Shown in pieces: positions 27,919-37,527 of a DNA stretch of 64,000 bases. Each line of letters starts with the position of its first letter. Positions within the stretch are counted from its first letter, which is position 1. The DNA is taken from NCBI GenBank assembly GCA_044220495.1, contig JBGAQY010000014.1, positions 1,165-65,164 of the forward strand, given 5' to 3'. A program made the translations under genes and the position numbers. The stretch is from Acidimicrobiales bacterium (lineage in GTDB: Bacteria > Actinomycetota > Acidimicrobiia > Acidimicrobiales > JBBSGY01). The notes beneath the pieces are model-generated. The model searched no databases, was not told where the DNA came from, and saw only the letters and a program-made list of their open reading frames with translations.

Positions 27919-28706
27919 TACTGATTCTCATTTCTTTCTTCACGATTCCAACGAAGGACGCGATTTTCGACAACAGACAACAACAAGGTCAGCGTGATAC
28001 CCAGCACGGTGAGCACAGCAACGCAAGCCCACACCACCGTGGTTTCAAGGTTCTTCTGCGCAGCGATGATCATGTAGCCCAGACCTTCACTAGATCCGCT
28101 CCATTCAGCCACGACAGCACCTATGAGACCGAGGCTGATGCATACACGCGCGGCTGAGAACAGAAACGGCAATGCGTGGGGAACCCGCAACGTGAAAAAG
28201 ATTTCTCGTCGCGACGCGTTCACCGAACGCAACACTTCAAGCGTCGCAGTGTCAATGGAACGAAACCCCGTGAGTAGGTTCACCAAGAACGGCGCAAATG
28301 TAATCACTGCTGCCATCACGATCTTTGGTGCCCAGCCGAAACCCAACCACAGCATTAGAGCTGGAGCGAAGGCAACAACGGGAGTGCACCGCAACGCTAT
28401 CTGCAGCGGTTGTACAGCGCGATCGAAGACGGGCAAGTGCACCATTGCTGCCGCCATGACGCCAGAGACCAAAAGGGCGATCACAAACCCAGCCGCTGCT
28501 TCAGCGACCGTCACCAAGGCTGCATCGAAGTAGACGCTTCCTCTATCAGCGATCTCGTTGAGTATTGCCGACGGTGCCGGAATCACTAGCGGTGCAACAT
28601 CAAACGCGTTAATGGCCAATTCCCACGCAGACAAGACGGCGATGACGGTAACGAGCCCGGGAACAATGGCCGAAGTTGCGCGCCGCAAGGCGGTCGCGTC
28701 ACTCAT
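27918..28706 (-). CDS. ABC transporter permease (BPD_transp_1, SsuC/TauC-like)
   Basis: 262 aa with six hydrophobic segments. Overlaps both neighbouring genes. Confidence 0.85.
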   Translation of the reverse strand: MSDATALRRATSAIVPGLVTVIAVLSAWELAINAFDVAPLVIPAPSAILNEIADRGSVYFDAALVTVAEAAAGFVIALLVSGVMAAAMVHLPVFDRAVQPLQIALRCTPVVAFAPALMLWLGFGWAPKIVMAAVITFAPFLVNLLTGFRSIDTATLEVLRSVNASRREIFFTLRVPHALPFLFSAARVCISLGLIGAVVAEWSGSSEGLGYMIIAAQKNLETTVVWACVAVLTVLGITLTLLLSVVENRVLRWNREERNENQ

Positions 28707-29488
28707 GACGGCACCACCAACAAGTTGCGCAGACGCTCGACGACTGGTTGCGCATCAGCAGCGACGCCGATGCCACGCGTATTGAACACTCCCCCGACGC
28801 GACCTGGTTCGTCATGCAAAACGAGCACATCATCAGCAAGCAACACGGCCTCGGTGATGTCGTGCGTAACGAAGATGATGGTGTGCTTCCCGACGCCGCG
28901 CAGCGAGTCGATGTGCGCACGCATCTCATCACGCGTTATTTCATCGAGCGCCGAGAACGGCTCATCTAGAAGCAGCACTGGCGCTTGGGTAGCGATCACT
29001 CGAGCTAGAGCAACGCGTTGGCGCATCCCGCCCGACAGTTGATGGGGCCACGCATCTGCGACCCGTGAAAGACCGACGGCTGCCAGCGCGTCGGCGCTCG
29101 ACATCGACGGACGTTGTGCCGACCGGTTGATGCGGCCTAACAAAGCGACGTTGTCAATTACCGACTTCCACGGCAACAGCGCGGGCGCTTGGGGCATGAA
29201 CCCGAACGTCTTGCGCGCACGCGCTTCAAGCGGATCTAGCTCGTTGACAGTGATGTGTCCGTCGTCAGTGGCCAGTAAGCCACCAACCAATCGCAGCAGT
29301 GTGGACTTACCAACGCCGCTGCGTCCGACGATGCCGAGAACATCGCCCTCGTTGACTTGAAACGAAACGTCGGTGAGCACCTTCGTTGCAGCGGAGCCGG
29401 AGCGAAACGATTTGGCGACGTGATGAGCGACAACGATCGAATGAGCCGGTGAGGCGTTGGGTGAAGTGTCGATTGTCTGCTGCGTCAT
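28703..29488 (-). CDS. ABC transporter ATP-binding protein
   Basis: Walker A GRSGVGKST, signature LSGGMRQR, Walker B LLLDEP. Confidence 0.92.
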   Translation of the reverse strand: MTQQTIDTSPNASPAHSIVVAHHVAKSFRSGSAATKVLTDVSFQVNEGDVLGIVGRSGVGKSTLLRLVGGLLATDDGHITVNELDPLEARARKTFGFMPQAPALLPWKSVIDNVALLGRINRSAQRPSMSSADALAAVGLSRVADAWPHQLSGGMRQRVALARVIATQAPVLLLDEPFSALDEITRDEMRAHIDSLRGVGKHTIIFVTHDITEAVLLADDVLVLHDEPGRVGGVFNTRGIGVAADAQPVVERLRNLLVVPS

Positions 29489-29568
29489 GTTGGCCCTTGC
29501 AACGAGGCGCAGCCGACGGCAAACAAGCCGTCAGATCACGCGAGTGAACGCGCGACGGCAAGTGCAGT

Positions 29569-29706
29569 CGTCTTCTCTCATCCGGACTATGACCGTCGGC
29601 TCCTTAATTACAAAGGATCAACCCCGCACAAATAGCACGGGGGTCGCGGGCTCTAAGACTTGCGTCTGTAACCGCCGGTGGGGAGTTTCACCCCGCCCCG
29701 AAGACG
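29569..29706 (-). promoter_or_regulatory. FMN riboswitch (RFN element)
   Basis: Minus-strand RNA: cgucuucggggcggggugaaacuccccaccggcgguu...agagcccgcgaccc...ggagccgacggucauaguccggaugagagaagacg. The P1 stem is cgucuuc/gaagacg, and all conserved RFN blocks are present. It ends 80 nt upstream of the ATPase ATG. Confidence 0.92.
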
Positions 29707-29766
29707 TTGATTCTTGAATTGTGGATGTGAGGCTACCAGCCGCCGGACAGACACAACACCTGCGGC

Positions 29767-30849
29767 TCAGGAGCCATGAACCCACTCGAGCCAGTTGCCA
29801 TGCTGACCAATACGCGCAAGCACTTGGGCCTCAGAGCCGTGAGCCGTGATGTGTTGAATGCCCAACAAACTGGCGTCAGGTCGATCTGGCTCGTCAGCGA
29901 ACGCAGCGACCATCGACGGCCACTCGTATGAGATCCACCAAAGCGGGCGCGTGCGGCCGATGTCTTCGATGAGCAACGTGAGTTCACCACGCAATTCGGG
30001 GCTCATCCACGCCATCATCCAACAGTTGTAAAGCACGAGTTCAAGGTCGTAAGGAACCTTGGCCACTTCAGCTTTGAGCGTTGTTAGAACGTCACCACGA
30101 ACAACCTCAGGCCACTCGCGACGGGCAAGCTCAACGGCAGCAGTCAAACGCTGGTCGCGCCCAATGTCGCCAACCCAAATACACGCGCGCAACCAAAGCA
30201 CATCGTCTTCATCGTTGATGTCAGGCGGATCAATGTCGATGCCAATGCGGTAATCGACCTCAGAAATAGAGCTTTGGTATGGCGGGGCCGGGCCGCGCAA
30301 GGTGGTGTGACAACGCACGTTGGAACCCGGCAAGCCAACGACAGAATCGCCGCCGTAGTCATATCGAAAGCGGTCGAACAGCAAACCGAGACCTGCGCTC
30401 GAACCCATCTCGATCAAACCAAGAGGTCGACTGACTTTGCGCGTCACAACCATGAGCGCCGGCACGAGACCGATGCAGCGATTGACTTCGTTGGTTTGAA
30501 TGTTGCGCTTGCGCATGACCTGCACGATCTCATCGTGAAACTCATCGCAGAAATCTTTGAACTGCACTGGTGCTTCTTGCACTGAGGTCTTTGCCGTCGG
30601 TGCTTCGTAAATACGCGCCAGCTTGTGTTGCGCGCCCTGCAGAATCAAGAAGTGCACTGCCGCGAAAAGCAACACTGGCCGCAATTTCTCAGCTGGCAGG
30701 TCTTCGTATAGGTCGAGCAGTTGCGCGTCTTGGGCGATAATGCCCGACAGATGCGTATAGATCGAATCGCTCGAACCGTTCTCGTGCCACTCGCGAAACG
30801 CGCGTTGTAATGACTTGCGATCGGCGACGGGCGGATCGTGGTCACTCAT
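29767..30849 (-). CDS. DUF2332-like protein
   Basis: 360 aa. LRPVLLFAAVHFLIL and IEMGSSAGLGLLFDRFRYDYG match my recollection of DUF2332. ATGA overlap with the rpe stop. Confidence 0.6.
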   Translation of the reverse strand: MSDHDPPVADRKSLQRAFREWHENGSSDSIYTHLSGIIAQDAQLLDLYEDLPAEKLRPVLLFAAVHFLILQGAQHKLARIYEAPTAKTSVQEAPVQFKDFCDEFHDEIVQVMRKRNIQTNEVNRCIGLVPALMVVTRKVSRPLGLIEMGSSAGLGLLFDRFRYDYGGDSVVGLPGSNVRCHTTLRGPAPPYQSSISEVDYRIGIDIDPPDINDEDDVLWLRACIWVGDIGRDQRLTAAVELARREWPEVVRGDVLTTLKAEVAKVPYDLELVLYNCWMMAWMSPELRGELTLLIEDIGRTRPLWWISYEWPSMVAAFADEPDRPDASLLGIQHITAHGSEAQVLARIGQHGNWLEWVHGS

Positions 30850-31538
30850 GCAGACTGTGCCTCTTCTCTAGCTTTCGTAAATGCAGTGATGGCTTCGCGC
30901 AATTGTTCCGCAGCAGCCAAAGGGTCTGACTGAGCGAAGATAGCGTTACCGGCCACAAAAGTGTCGGCTCCGTTTTGCGCTGCAACCGGACCTGTTTGCA
31001 CATCGATCCCGCCGTCGACTTCGATGTGCAAACCAGGATTCACGGTGTCAGCCAGCGCGCGACTTGCGCGCAATTTGGGCATTACTTCTTCCATGAACTT
31101 TTGTCCGCCAAAACCAGGCACGACTGTCATCACCAGCAGCATGTCGATGTGCGGAATGAACTCTTCGAACGCTTCGAGCGGTGTGTCGGGATTTACGCCC
31201 AAACCCACATCAAGCTGCAGCGCCCGCATTTCGGCAATCAACGCTGCGGTGTTGCCGACCTCAAGATGAATCGAGCAACTATCGGCACCAGCCTTCTTGA
31301 ACGCCTCGAGATACGCGCCAGGGTCGCTAATCATTAGATGGCAATCGAAGTAGAGGTCAGTCTGGGCGCGCAGCGACTTCACAATTGGAGGACCGAGCGT
31401 GATGTTGGGCACGAAGTGACCGTCCATCACGTCGACGTGCAGCAAGTCTGATTGTGGTGCGACACGGGCTACTTCGGCCGCCAAGTTGGCGAAATCAGCC
31501 GAAAGAATCGAAGGTGCAATGCGGGCCACGAGCAGCAC
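30846..31538 (-). CDS. rpe: Ribulose-phosphate 3-epimerase
   Basis: IAPSILSADF, HVDVMDGHFVPN, VMTVVPGFGGQKF. Start trimmed to GTG 31538 (or 31529), downstream of the fmt stop at 31546. Confidence 0.92.
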   Translation of the reverse strand: MLLVARIAPSILSADFANLAAEVARVAPQSDLLHVDVMDGHFVPNITLGPPIVKSLRAQTDLYFDCHLMISDPGAYLEAFKKAGADSCSIHLEVGNTAALIAEMRALQLDVGLGVNPDTPLEAFEEFIPHIDMLLVMTVVPGFGGQKFMEEVMPKLRASRALADTVNPGLHIEVDGGIDVQTGPVAAQNGADTFVAGNAIFAQSDPLAAAEQLREAITAFTKAREEAQSA

Positions 31539-31545
31539 ACTAATG

Positions 31546-32406
31546 CTAAGTGAGCTGTTCGCGGGGTTCTGGTCGTGCTCCGTTAACCCACGCTTGGGCG
31601 GATTGAGGCCCTTTCCCTTCGGGTTGCACTGTGACGAGCTCGAGCGCACCCTGACCAGTCGCCACGACCGTGCCCTCGAGCGTTCCTGGGTTTCCGTCGA
31701 CGGTCTTGCTCACTGCTCTTGTTTTCAATACGAGTAAACGTTTGCCACGGAAGGTGGTCCAGCCGCGACCGATTCGCGTTATGCGCGCAAGTTGTTCAGC
31801 GGGTTGCTGCCACGACAGATGCAAATCTTCGGGACTGATCTTTTGCGCAAACGTCGGCTCACCTACTTGTGCAGTTGGCTCTGACAATCCTTGTTGCAGT
31901 TGTTCGAGCAGCAGCACGGTACCCAAAGCAAATAGCCGATGGCTTAGTTCGTCAGCCGTCTCGTCATCGAACACATCGGTTTCTGCCATTGCGTAGATCG
32001 GCCCAGCGTCCATCTCTTCTTCAAGCTTCATGACGCAAACACCGCTGCGAGCGTCGCCGGCGAGGATGGCACTCTCAATCGGAGTCGCGCCACGCCAACG
32101 CGGCAACAGCGACGGATGAAGATTCAAGAACGTCATGTGGTCAAGCACGACGGGTTTGAGCAAACGACCAAAGGCGACAACAACACCAACCTCGGCATCG
32201 GTGTCGAGGATGTCTTTCACGCGATGACTGACCGGCAGAAACAACTCTTGGGCAGCTGCTTTCACCGGACTTGGCGAAAGTGCGCCGCCGCGCCCGCGTC
32301 GCTTATCAGCTTGCGTTACAACGAGAACGATCTCGTGGCCAGCAGCAACGAGCGCCCGCAATGGTTCGACGGCCTCTTGCGGGGTGCCCAGATAAGCAAT
32401 GCGCAT
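31546..32406 (-). CDS. fmt: Methionyl-tRNA formyltransferase
   Basis: MRIAYLGTP...LNLHPSLLPRWRGATPI. Confidence 0.92.
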   Translation of the reverse strand: MRIAYLGTPQEAVEPLRALVAAGHEIVLVVTQADKRRGRGGALSPSPVKAAAQELFLPVSHRVKDILDTDAEVGVVVAFGRLLKPVVLDHMTFLNLHPSLLPRWRGATPIESAILAGDARSGVCVMKLEEEMDAGPIYAMAETDVFDDETADELSHRLFALGTVLLLEQLQQGLSEPTAQVGEPTFAQKISPEDLHLSWQQPAEQLARITRIGRGWTTFRGKRLLVLKTRAVSKTVDGNPGTLEGTVVATGQGALELVTVQPEGKGPQSAQAWVNGARPEPREQLT

Positions 32407-32409
32407 GAG

Positions 32410-32916
32410 TTACGCGTTTGACTGCATCGATCGCTCGCGCATTGCCCGCAAGGCGATTTTGCGTTGATCGGGGTCGAGTCGCTCGATAAAAAGCATGCCG
32501 TTCAAGTGGTCGACTTCATGCTGCAAAATGCGGCCGAGAAATCCGTCGGCGCTCATCTCTACGTCGTTGCCTTCACCGTCTTGACCTTTGATGTGCACCA
32601 CATCAGGACGCACCACCGAAAAGAACAATCCCGGCACTGACAAACAGCCTTCATCCCACGTGAAGTAACCGCTTGTGTGTGTGATCTCGGGATTGATCAA
32701 AGTGCGCGCGCCGAGCCCCTCACCGTCGTCATAGACAAACAAGCGTTTCTGCACGCCGACTTGGTTGGCAGCCAACCCAACACCGGGTGCTGCGTACATC
32801 GTTGCGATCATGTCGTCGATCAGTTTCCGCACCCCGTCGTCGATTTCGCCAACCGGCGCGCATGTCGTGCGCAGAACCGGGTCGCCAAATATGCGGATGG
32901 GGTGAGGAGCAGCCAT
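32410..32916 (-). CDS. def: Peptide deformylase
   Basis: GVGLAANQVG, EGCLS and HEVDHL motifs. Confidence 0.96.
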   Translation of the reverse strand: MAAPHPIRIFGDPVLRTTCAPVGEIDDGVRKLIDDMIATMYAAPGVGLAANQVGVQKRLFVYDDGEGLGARTLINPEITHTSGYFTWDEGCLSVPGLFFSVVRPDVVHIKGQDGEGNDVEMSADGFLGRILQHEVDHLNGMLFIERLDPDQRKIALRAMRERSMQSNA

Positions 32917-32957
32917 GTCGATCGAAGAGTCTAGAGCGGTCGCCGCTCGATGGAGCG

Positions 32958-34655
32958 CTAGATGCGAGGTGGGTCAATCTCTATGCGCAACCGAGCTGGA
33001 CGCTTGACTCCGCTGAACGCATTGGCAAGCACGTCAGCAGTGGCTGCTTTCAGTAGATACGAACCCTCACGAGGTTCGAGCACGTCAAAGTCTCCGCTCA
33101 GGGCGGCGACGAAATCACTCGCTCCCCCGCCTTCGACAATGGCCAACCGACTAAAGGGCGGCCACTGCAACTCAGCCCGGCGTTCAGCCTCAATCACCGA
33201 CACGCGAGTTGGATCAGCGTTCTCTGCTGCCGTAATCGCTTCGTGCTTGGGCTGCCTCGTCTGCACCACTATCAATCCACCAGAACGGCGCCCGCCGACA
33301 AGTTTTGACGCGCGTGCCAACAAGATCAGCGCGTCTTCCGTTGCTCGGAATCTTGGCGCCAACAACTCTTGATCAAAGTCGAGGAACACCACAGCGTCAG
33401 CGCGTCCGATGCGGTGTAACACCGCTTCGGTTCCGACGAGTACCGACGCGTCAGGCAGGGTGTCGCTCTCACCTGTGACCTCGCCAACCGGCCGCAGAGC
33501 AAGCGACTCAAGCTCTTCGCGCACACGACTAACGCCGGCGCGCAGTTGCTTGAACACCGTCGACCCACACGTCCCACACACCACCGGCTGACGAGCAGCA
33601 CAGCGCTTGCAAACGAGGTCGTTGCGGTCGTCGTCTTTTGATGAGTTGGTCAGCGACCCTGAACACTTCTCGCAACGGGCGATCTCGTCGCATGCTTTAC
33701 AGACCAGCAACTGTGCTCTGCCCTTGCGGTTCAAAATGCAGACAACACGCTTAGTCGAGCGCAACAACTCGACAACGCGCGGTGAATACAGACCTGAGTG
33801 CGGATCGCTCTTGCGAAGATCAACGACGTGCAGCGCCGCCCAACCTTCGCGTTCGACAGCACGATCGGGCTCAATCAGCTTGCGTTCGTGCAGCAACTCA
33901 ACGCGGGGCGCAAACGAAGACAACACACACGGAATCTCGCGCCGTCGGGCTCGTTCAACCACTACGTCGATTGCACTCCACGTCGGTGATGCTTCCGACT
34001 GCAGAGCTTCGTCGTGCGCGTCAAGAACCAGCACCGAGTTGAGATCAACCATTGGCGCCCACGCGGAGGCGCGCGTGCCGACAACACTCACACCACCGCC
34101 AGCCGCCAGCGCCCACTGATCGGGATACAAGGCAACTCGGCGCCCTGCTTCGCGCATGCGCCGAGCCAGCTTCTCTGCACCTCTTTGAGATGGGCTCACG
34201 ATCAGAGCTGGCCCGCGATCGTCAGCAGCGAGTGCAAGCGGCAATGGGTCAGTTGCTGGTGGCCACCGCAGCACAGTTGTTGAACTGCCCGAGAACCATT
34301 CACTGTCGACTGCCGGCGCATGAGTGTCACGACCAAGCGAACGAACATTCCTCAGCGGCGACGCCGTCTGCAGAAAAAACGAACGCTTACCGGCCCAACG
34401 CCATGCAGCCCACGATGCGAGCTCAATGATTTCTTCGTTGGGCCCGCAACCACTCCACTTGGTTAGTTCAAGCAGGCGCACGCCCTCGGGGGGCGTTGCG
34501 TCGTCGTCAATCACCCATCCCCGAATGCGCCGGTTATGCAACATGGCGCGAACGACAGAGCCAACGCGCACGTCCGCGTCGAACTTCTCGGGAATTAGGT
34601 AATCGAACTCAGCCTCGATGCCAGAGACATCGGGAACTACGCGGGCGACGCGCAG
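32958..34655 (-). CDS. priA: Primosomal protein N' (PriA, actinobacterial type with degenerate helicase motifs)
   Basis: Cys-rich zinc region CKACD..CEKC..CKRC..CGTCG. The track ORF starts at GTG 34571. The conserved N-terminus VARVVPDVSGIEAEFDYLIPEKF is encoded in frame upstream, up to the metK stop. The start is therefore probably CTG 34655. Confidence 0.85.
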   Translation of the reverse strand: MRVARVVPDVSGIEAEFDYLIPEKFDADVRVGSVVRAMLHNRRIRGWVIDDDATPPEGVRLLELTKWSGCGPNEEIIELASWAAWRWAGKRSFFLQTASPLRNVRSLGRDTHAPAVDSEWFSGSSTTVLRWPPATDPLPLALAADDRGPALIVSPSQRGAEKLARRMREAGRRVALYPDQWALAAGGGVSVVGTRASAWAPMVDLNSVLVLDAHDEALQSEASPTWSAIDVVVERARRREIPCVLSSFAPRVELLHERKLIEPDRAVEREGWAALHVVDLRKSDPHSGLYSPRVVELLRSTKRVVCILNRKGRAQLLVCKACDEIARCEKCSGSLTNSSKDDDRNDLVCKRCAARQPVVCGTCGSTVFKQLRAGVSRVREELESLALRPVGEVTGESDTLPDASVLVGTEAVLHRIGRADAVVFLDFDQELLAPRFRATEDALILLARASKLVGGRRSGGLIVVQTRQPKHEAITAAENADPTRVSVIEAERRAELQWPPFSRLAIVEGGGASDFVAALSGDFDVLEPREGSYLLKAATADVLANAFSGVKRPARLRIEIDPPRI

Positions 34656-35849
34656 TTACGCACCCAGCGCTTGCTTGAATTCAGCGAGACGCGAAGTGTG
34701 CTCCCACGTGAATTCTTTTTCAGCTCGACCAAAGTGACCATAAGCAGCAGTGCCGCGGTAGATCGGCTTGCGCAAGTCGAGATCGCGAATGATCGCAGCG
34801 GGGCGCAAATCAAACGTGGCCCGCACTGCCTTCTCGATTGCCAGCGGATCGATCTGCTCGGTGCCAAACGTTTCAACCATGATCGACACCGGCTGCGCGG
34901 CACCGATTGCATAAGCGACTTGAACTTCGCAACGACGTGCGGCGCCCGACGCAACAACGTGCTTGGCAACCCAGCGCGCTGCGTATGCAGCCGAACGATC
35001 GACCTTGCTCGGGTCTTTACCCGAGAACGCACCACCGCCGTGGCGAGCAGCGCCACCATAAGTGTCAACAATGATCTTGCGACCCGTGAGACCAGCGTCG
35101 GCGTTCGGACCACCCATGATGAACACGCCAGTCGGATTGGCCATCAAGCTGTAGTCGTTGTCGACAAATTGCTCGGGCAAAACGGGCTGAATGACATGCT
35201 CTTGCAAGTCAGGGATGAGCTGCGTCTTGTAGTTGAGGTCGGGCGCGTGCTGCGTGCTGATCAAAACGGTCTTCAAACGAACAGCACGACCGTCTTCGTA
35301 TTCAAAGGTGACTTGGGTCTTACCGTCGGGACGCAGGTAAGGCATGAGACCAGCACGACGAACCTCGGCCAAGCGCTGAGCAAGACGATGCGCCATCCAG
35401 ATCGGCAGTGGCATCAAGTCTTCTGTTTCATCGCACGCGTAACCAAACATCATTCCTTGGTCGCCGGCGCCTTGGTTATCGAGCTCAGCAGCTTCGGTTT
35501 CACCGGTGCGCACTTCGAAAGCGTTGTCGACGCCAGCAGCAATGTCAGCCGATTGCTCACCAACCGACACCATGACGCCGCAGGTGTTGCCGTCGAAACC
35601 AACCGACTCGCGGTCGTAACCAATGTCACGGATCGTGTCGCGCACGAGCCGCGGAATCTCGACATACGCGTTCGTGGAAATCTCACCAGCAACGACGACG
35701 AGACCAGTAGTCAGGAGCGTTTCACAAGCAACACGGCCCATCGGATCTTTCTCGAGGATTGCGTCGAGAATCGTGTCTGAAACTTGATCGGCAATCTTGT
35801 CAGGGTGGCCTTCAGTGACCGACTCAGACGTAAAGGTGTAGTTGTTCAC
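34656..35849 (-). CDS. metK: S-adenosylmethionine synthase
   Basis: [28 protein letters not shown]. Confidence 0.98.
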   Translation of the reverse strand: MNNYTFTSESVTEGHPDKIADQVSDTILDAILEKDPMGRVACETLLTTGLVVVAGEISTNAYVEIPRLVRDTIRDIGYDRESVGFDGNTCGVMVSVGEQSADIAAGVDNAFEVRTGETEAAELDNQGAGDQGMMFGYACDETEDLMPLPIWMAHRLAQRLAEVRRAGLMPYLRPDGKTQVTFEYEDGRAVRLKTVLISTQHAPDLNYKTQLIPDLQEHVIQPVLPEQFVDNDYSLMANPTGVFIMGGPNADAGLTGRKIIVDTYGGAARHGGGAFSGKDPSKVDRSAAYAARWVAKHVVASGAARRCEVQVAYAIGAAQPVSIMVETFGTEQIDPLAIEKAVRATFDLRPAAIIRDLDLRKPIYRGTAAYGHFGRAEKEFTWEHTSRLAEFKQALGA

Positions 35850-35874
35850 CTAGCTGCTCCTGCTCTCTCAATTT

Positions 35875-37083
35875 CTACGAAGGGCCACCGTGGCTCAGTT
35901 CGTGTACCACCTGGTCCAACAGGTTGTCGGCCACCGTACGCTTTGAAACCGTCCCTGTGTGGGATTTTCGGCCCGATTTTGAAATAAATATGACTGAATT
36001 GGTCGGATATTCGAATCCCGCCCCCTCTTCGGTCACATCGTTGGCAACAATCAGGTCAAGTTCCTTGCGCACGAGCTTTTCGCGCGCGGAATCTTCGGTG
36101 CGCGTTGTCTCCGCAGCGAAACCAACAATCACTTGGTCGTCACGTCGCTTTCGCGCAACCACTTCGAGGATGTCAACGGTTGGTTCAAGGTGGATCTCGG
36201 GCGGACCCTCAGCCTTCTTCAACTTGTGATCAGCAACAGCGGTGGGACGAAAATCGGCAACAGCAGCAGCCATCACCAAGACATCGGCATCGCTTAGGTG
36301 ATGCAGAACAGCGTCGTGCATCTCTGCCGCCGTCTCGACCGCCAAAACGTCGACGCCATGCGGAGCATTGCCGGCAGCCGTCGTAATAAGAACGACTTTC
36401 GCGCCTCTATCGCGCGCTGCCTCGGCAACAGCGTGGCCTTGTCGGCCAGACGATCTATTGCCAACGAAGCGAACGGGGTCGATGGCTTCGCGGGTTCCGC
36501 CCGCTGTCACGACAATTGTGCGCCCTGCAAGGTCGGCACCACGCCGAAGTTGCGAATCAACCATCGCAACGATTGTTTCGACTTCGGCCAGTCGACCTAC
36601 GCCAACGTCGCCACCAGCCAACGGGCCCGACTCAGGCTCGACCACTACGACACCACGCTCGCGCAACAGGGAGATGTTGTGCTGCACAGCAGGGTGCTCC
36701 CACATCTCGGTATGCATGGCCGGACACACAATCACCTGCGCGCGCGTAGCCAAAACCGTTGTGGTCAATAAATCATCGCTCAGACCGTTTGTATAAGCGG
36801 CAAGAAAGCGCGCCGTAGCGGGGGCCACAACAACTACGTCGGCACCTTGCCCCAACGTCGTGTGCGGACTCGGCTCGGGAGAATCCCACAAGGAAAGCCG
36901 CGGCGACTCTGACGCAACAGCAGCGAAAGTTGCTTCGCCAATAAAGCGTGTTGCGTTCTCGGTGAGAATCGGAGAGACGAAATAGCCGCGATCAACTAGG
37001 CGACGACAAAGCTCGACAGCTTTGTAAGCAGCAACGCCGCCAGTGACACCAAGAACAATTCGAGCTTGTTGGTTAGCCGGCAT
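35875..37083 (-). CDS. coaBC: Bifunctional phosphopantothenoylcysteine decarboxylase / phosphopantothenate--cysteine ligase
   Basis: 402 aa. N-terminal flavoprotein (GVTGGVAAYK, PAMHTEMW) plus a C-terminal DFP domain. Confidence 0.94.
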   Translation of the reverse strand: MPANQQARIVLGVTGGVAAYKAVELCRRLVDRGYFVSPILTENATRFIGEATFAAVASESPRLSLWDSPEPSPHTTLGQGADVVVVAPATARFLAAYTNGLSDDLLTTTVLATRAQVIVCPAMHTEMWEHPAVQHNISLLRERGVVVVEPESGPLAGGDVGVGRLAEVETIVAMVDSQLRRGADLAGRTIVVTAGGTREAIDPVRFVGNRSSGRQGHAVAEAARDRGAKVVLITTAAGNAPHGVDVLAVETAAEMHDAVLHHLSDADVLVMAAAVADFRPTAVADHKLKKAEGPPEIHLEPTVDILEVVARKRRDDQVIVGFAAETTRTEDSAREKLVRKELDLIVANDVTEEGAGFEYPTNSVIFISKSGRKSHTGTVSKRTVADNLLDQVVHELSHGGPS

Positions 37084-37107
37084 GCTGCATCACCGACAGA
37101 CGTAGGG

Positions 37108-37464
37108 CTAGGCGGTTACGTCGGGGCTGGGAGCGTCAGCGCTCTCTGCCGCAAGCGCTTCGGTCGCCGCGGTCGCAGGAGCGGCAGCGACCTCAGTCTT
37201 GGCCAAGAGTTCTTCGTCGGGAATTTGCGTATAAACGATCTTGCTCGCAGCCACTTCTTCGAGAGCGATCGACAGCGGCTTGCGCGACAGCGAAGTGACC
37301 TGCGGAGGAACGATGGTGCCGAGACCATCACCGAGCTGGCTGAAGTAAGAGTTGATCTGACGGCCACGCTTGGCCGCCAAGGTGACGAGTGTGAACTTCG
37401 AGTCGACCTTGTCGAGCAGCGACTCGATTGCCGGTTCCATCATCGTCTTGCGTTTCTCAGCCAT
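37108..37464 (-). CDS. rpoZ: DNA-directed RNA polymerase subunit omega
   Basis: SKFTLVTLAAKRGRQI. Located in the gmk-rpoZ-coaBC context. Confidence 0.9.
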   Translation of the reverse strand: MAEKRKTMMEPAIESLLDKVDSKFTLVTLAAKRGRQINSYFSQLGDGLGTIVPPQVTSLSRKPLSIALEEVAASKIVYTQIPDEELLAKTEVAAAPATAATEALAAESADAPSPDVTA

Positions 37465-37527
37465 TGGATCCTTCTTCTTCTAAATACTGCACGTAAATGC
37501 TCGCCCACTCGGGCCGAAATGGGGACG

